A stretch of DNA of 64,000 nt from Callorhinchus milii (Eukaryota): NCBI RefSeq assembly GCF_018977255.1, contig NW_024704743.1, positions 86,554,001 to 86,618,000 of the forward strand, given 5' to 3'. A model generated the notes under the pieces. The model was not told the origin of the DNA and did no database searches. It worked only from the letters and a program-made list of their open reading frames with translations. A program made the translations under genes and the position numbers. Below, in pieces: positions 60,464 to 64,000 of the stretch. Numbering within the stretch: position 1 is the first letter of the stretch; each line of letters starts with the position of its first letter.

Positions 60464-61575
60464 AAAAGAACACTCAATGATTGTTATCAGTGTCCAATGG
60501 ACAGGAATGATATAAATCAGCAATAAATTGTAACAATTTTTTGGATCATTTGGATGAGAGAACAACATTAGCCAGAATACTGGGAAAATTCCCCATTTGT
60601 CTTTGACACAGTGCTCAGCATTCTTTAACATCCACCTGAATTGCCAGGACAGGCAGATGGGATATCAGTTTAATCTCTCAATTGAAGACTGACTTAAAGT
60701 GCACCTGCTTTTAAAAGGACACATCGTCCACATCTTCAGGGCTCTGGAAATCTGAGTTTCCCTGATTTGAAGCAATGTAGAGCTCGTTTTTTTTTTATCC
60801 TGTGCTCTGATAAATTCTCTTCTTGAGTCTTAAAACCTTTTGAATGAGGTCAGGTTTTCATACAACACTGTTTCCTGGAACCCAAGCAGTAGGTGGAATT
60901 CAATCTCCTTGATGGTTAATCAGAGACGAAGGAAGGTCTTGCTTCCATTCAGCAATAGCACTGAACTGTAGCCAGAATAAGCAAACTAGATACTTCACCT
61001 TGCAATAAGGTCCACCACTGTTGGACTATATCCTGCCTAAATCCAGGTCATTTGTTATTCTTTTGAAAATGCAACTTTGATCTGAATATTAGTATCTTGT
61101 TCGCTCTGGTAACAGCCAAAATTGCATTAAAAGAGCTTGTTCAATTGAAGGCTGTGTGTGTGGTACACAATGTGAGCTTTTTACAACTACAAACCCTATA
61201 AACCCTCTTCTGTTGAGAACTGCTCAAAATAAGTCAATGCTGACAGCAGTTACCATATGGTTCATATTTTCTAATTGTTATAACTAAATGCAATCTATAT
61301 AACCAATTATATCCAGAATAGCAAATATCTGGGAAGAAGTTTCAAGTGGGAAGATCGGATGATATAACCAGTGAGAGTAAATCTTATAAACGTCACTTCA
61401 ACCGAAAGATTAAGGTTACAAGAGGTGATATTTCACCTGCCATAAAGTGTGGGGACTTCGATGATTGCATTCATGTCTCATAGTAACCTTGATGAATTTG
61501 CAGAACAATTTACAAATAGCAAATCCGGGATGTGTGTGGCCTCTGAAATTCTGCTTGGACACCAACTTCCCAGCT

Positions 61576-62010
61576 GTGTCAGCTTAGCTCAGTGGTAGTA
61601 GTCTCACCTCTGAGTTAGACAGTTGTATGTTCAAGCCCCACATTGGGCTTCAACACTCCAATCTAAGTTGACACTCCAATGCAGTGCTGGCATTGAGCGG
61701 CATTGTTGGAGATGCTGTCCTTCGGATGAGACGTTAAACCAAGGTCCCGTCTGCCTGTTCAGGTAAATGTTAAAGATCCCACGGCATTATTCGAGAAAAA
61801 AGGAGTTTCTCCCAGTGTCCTGGCCAACAATCCCCCAAATAAAATTGGTCATTCATTCCATGGTTGTTTGTGGGACATTGCTGTGTTCAACTGTCTGTCC
61901 TGAATCGCTCCCAAAATACACAGTTAATCGACTTTACAGTACATCCTGTGAAACCCTTTGAGACATCTCGATGACGTGATAAGATGCTCTATCAAATGCA
62001 AGGATTAATA
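61576..62010 (+). mobile_element. Best-preserved old full-length DeuSINE
   Basis: Head GTCAGCTTAGCTCAGTGGTAG; Deu core GATGAGACGTTAAACC.AGGTCCCGTCTGCCTGTTCAGG..AAAGATCCCA..GGAGTTTCTCCCAGTGTCCTGGCCAAC; tail GACGTGATAAG..ATCAAATGCAAGGATT. Confidence 0.88.
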
Positions 62011-62250
62011 TTATTCCCAAATGTTATTATTTGGGAATAATAATAATAAGCCTTGATTTCGAATGGAATGGGGGATCAGCATCCAATCAGAGGGTCATTA
62101 TGAGATGCATCTGAGATTCTCGATTTATTAATAATGTTGCAGCTCCCACAATTTAGCCCCATTATCACAGTCACTTATCTGCAGGGGAAAAGCCCTCTCA
62201 AAATCTTTAACTTCTTCTTGCATATCAGTCATAGGATATTTTTACACTTA

Positions 62251-63193
62251 TAACAACAATAAAATTACATTTGTATATCGACTTTCACGTCGGGAGGACA
62301 TCCCAAGGCGCTGGACAGTCAGAGTTTTGGACCCGAGATGGGGGTCGTGAATGTGGATGGTGGAGGGCAAGGGGGGAAGCAGGGTGATCGGAAGCAGAGT
62401 CAAAGAGGAAGGTCTTGAGTTGGGTCTTGAAGGAGGCAAGGGAGGGGGCGAGGCGGAGGGACTGTGGAATGAAGTTCTAGAGGGTGGGAGCAGAGTGGCA
62501 GAAGGCCCGCCTGTCAATAGTGGGGTGAGCAAGGTGGGGGACTTGAAGCAGGCCGGAACCCACTGAGCGGAGGGAGCGAGCAGGATGGTAGGGGGTCAGG
62601 AGGTCGCAGAGGTAGGGGGAGCAATACCATGGAAGGCTTTGAAGGTGAGGACCATGATCTTGAACTGTATCCTCTGCGTGATGGGAAGCCAGTGGAGTTG
62701 GGCAAGGATGGGGTTGATAGGGTCACGGTGCGGGAGAGGACACGGGCTGTAGAGTTCTGGATGATCTGCAGCCTATGGAGGGAGGAGTTGGGGAGGCCGT
62801 CAAGCAAGGAGTTTGCACAATCAAGCCTCAATGTAAAGAAATTGTGTATGAGGGTTTCGGCAGCCTATGGTGTGAAACAATGTCGGAGCCAGGCGATGTT
62901 GCTAAGGTGGGGGAAGGCAGAACGGGTCATGTCACAGATTTGGGGTAGAAAGGATAGTTGAGGATCAAACAAGACCACAGGAAGGTGGGGTGTGCAACCA
63001 TGGACGGTGATGCTGTCAGCGCCTGCCGTGTGGAGGCGCTGACAGGAGCCAATCAGGAGAGCCTCGGTCTTGTTGATGTTCAACTGAAGAAAATTAGCTC
63101 TCATCCAGGACTTGATATCTGACAGACATTCTGTCAGAGCAGCAGTGGTTCTGGAGTCAAGGGTGGAGGCAGAGAGGTACAGTTTGGTGTCAA
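62251..63193 (-). mobile_element. L2 LINE, 5'-truncated (CTCCC loop)
   Basis: [20 protein letters not shown] and RLDCANSLLDGLPNSSLHRLQIIQN motifs; tail hairpin. Confidence 0.92.
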
Positions 63194-64000
63194 TGTTATA
63201 ATAATTTTTGCACTAGAAAGAGGTGCAAGGTATTTGAAGCGTTTATGTTAAAATTATTCAAAACAGTTATTAACCAGAACATTTTGGTTTGATAAGAGCT
63301 TTCAGCAGATAGAAGTTGCAGAAAGCATGGAAGTGTAACCCATAAGATTTCTCTTACCCTCTTTCAGTGTTGTTTTGTCTGTTGTGTCTCACAAGGAAGG
63401 ATAGCTCGGACAGTTCTATGAAAATGACAGCTTGATCCCAAGGCCATTATTGCTTGAAAATATATTTTGTTGTTTGGTTATACAGGAAAAATACGTGGAC
63501 AATTATTGTTCTCCTGTACACAGTTACCGTTTTTAAAAAAAGAGTAGTCATGGTCCAAAAAATAATCCTACCTCAAAGTATGTTCAGCAATTAAAAAAGC
63601 TCATAAGTGCTGATGAGAGGCCCAAAATTCTGGGAGACAACCATTGAAAGAATTAATGTCAGTTTACAAATCTTGTTCCCTAAAATGTTCCAACAAGCGG
63701 GAAGCGGTATGCTCAATCATAGCCTGGCATTATTCCATTGTGTTCTAAACTAATTGCTCCTCAAACCTTTAACTGGTCTGAATATGCAGAATTCAAACAG
63801 GATTAATACACATGAATTTCTGGCAGTAACCAGATGTTCATTATGCCGGTCACTGGGAACATATGTTGAAGTGATTTCCTCTGGGTGGATCTCACAAAGA
63901 CACCCATCCAGTTACCAGCAACAAGAACTACTAATCTAATGGCCAGTGAAGCTGGGCGAGGCTGGAGTTGATAGGCTTACAGAGCACACAAGTTGCAGAG

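Noticed and set aside
59366..60631. 421-aa ORF as a novel or domesticated fusion protein
   Set aside because: The N-terminal ~85 aa are chance read-through across a DeuSINE and a hAT-like remnant; the remainder is L2 RT followed by a frameshift.
2055..63193. Minus-strand bias of L2 insertions
   Set aside because: Most long copies are on the minus strand, but several are on the plus strand and the sample is too small to be meaningful.
8100..64000. 3' exons of RSPO2, the usual upstream neighbour of ANGPT1
   Set aside because: No thrombospondin (WSEW..C) or basic-tail exon was recognised in any frame.

Overview
This is vertebrate genomic DNA, most likely from a cartilaginous fish; the SINE/LINE complement looks chondrichthyan or holocephalan, which is an inference from remembered repeat consensi. 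The only host protein-coding segment is coding exon 1 of angiopoietin-1 (ANGPT1) on the minus strand (7506-7796). It has a GT donor, a ~270-nt 5' leader containing a 3-codon uORF, and a TATA box near 8089-8097. Bases 1-7505 are intron 1, and 8100-64000 is upstream intergenic DNA. The rest is repeat-rich: 5'-truncated L2 LINEs with at least three 3'-tail types, CR1 fragments, old full-length DeuSINEs, a young tRNA-Ala-headed SINE family, another ancient SINE-like family, small DNA-transposon and Penelope-like remnants, and microsatellites. Repeat-free islands between them are candidate enhancers. No prokaryotic-type system, CRISPR array or true tRNA/rRNA gene is supported. The most interesting signal is an apparent SINE-LINE partner switch. 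Older SINE copies carry an NNGAA-loop 3' hairpin and TTA tail matching one L2 remnant (2055-2575). The youngest copies, which are nested inside the older ones, carry a 30-nt CTCCC-loop hairpin identical to another L2 lineage. Repeat boundaries were read by eye and are approximate.
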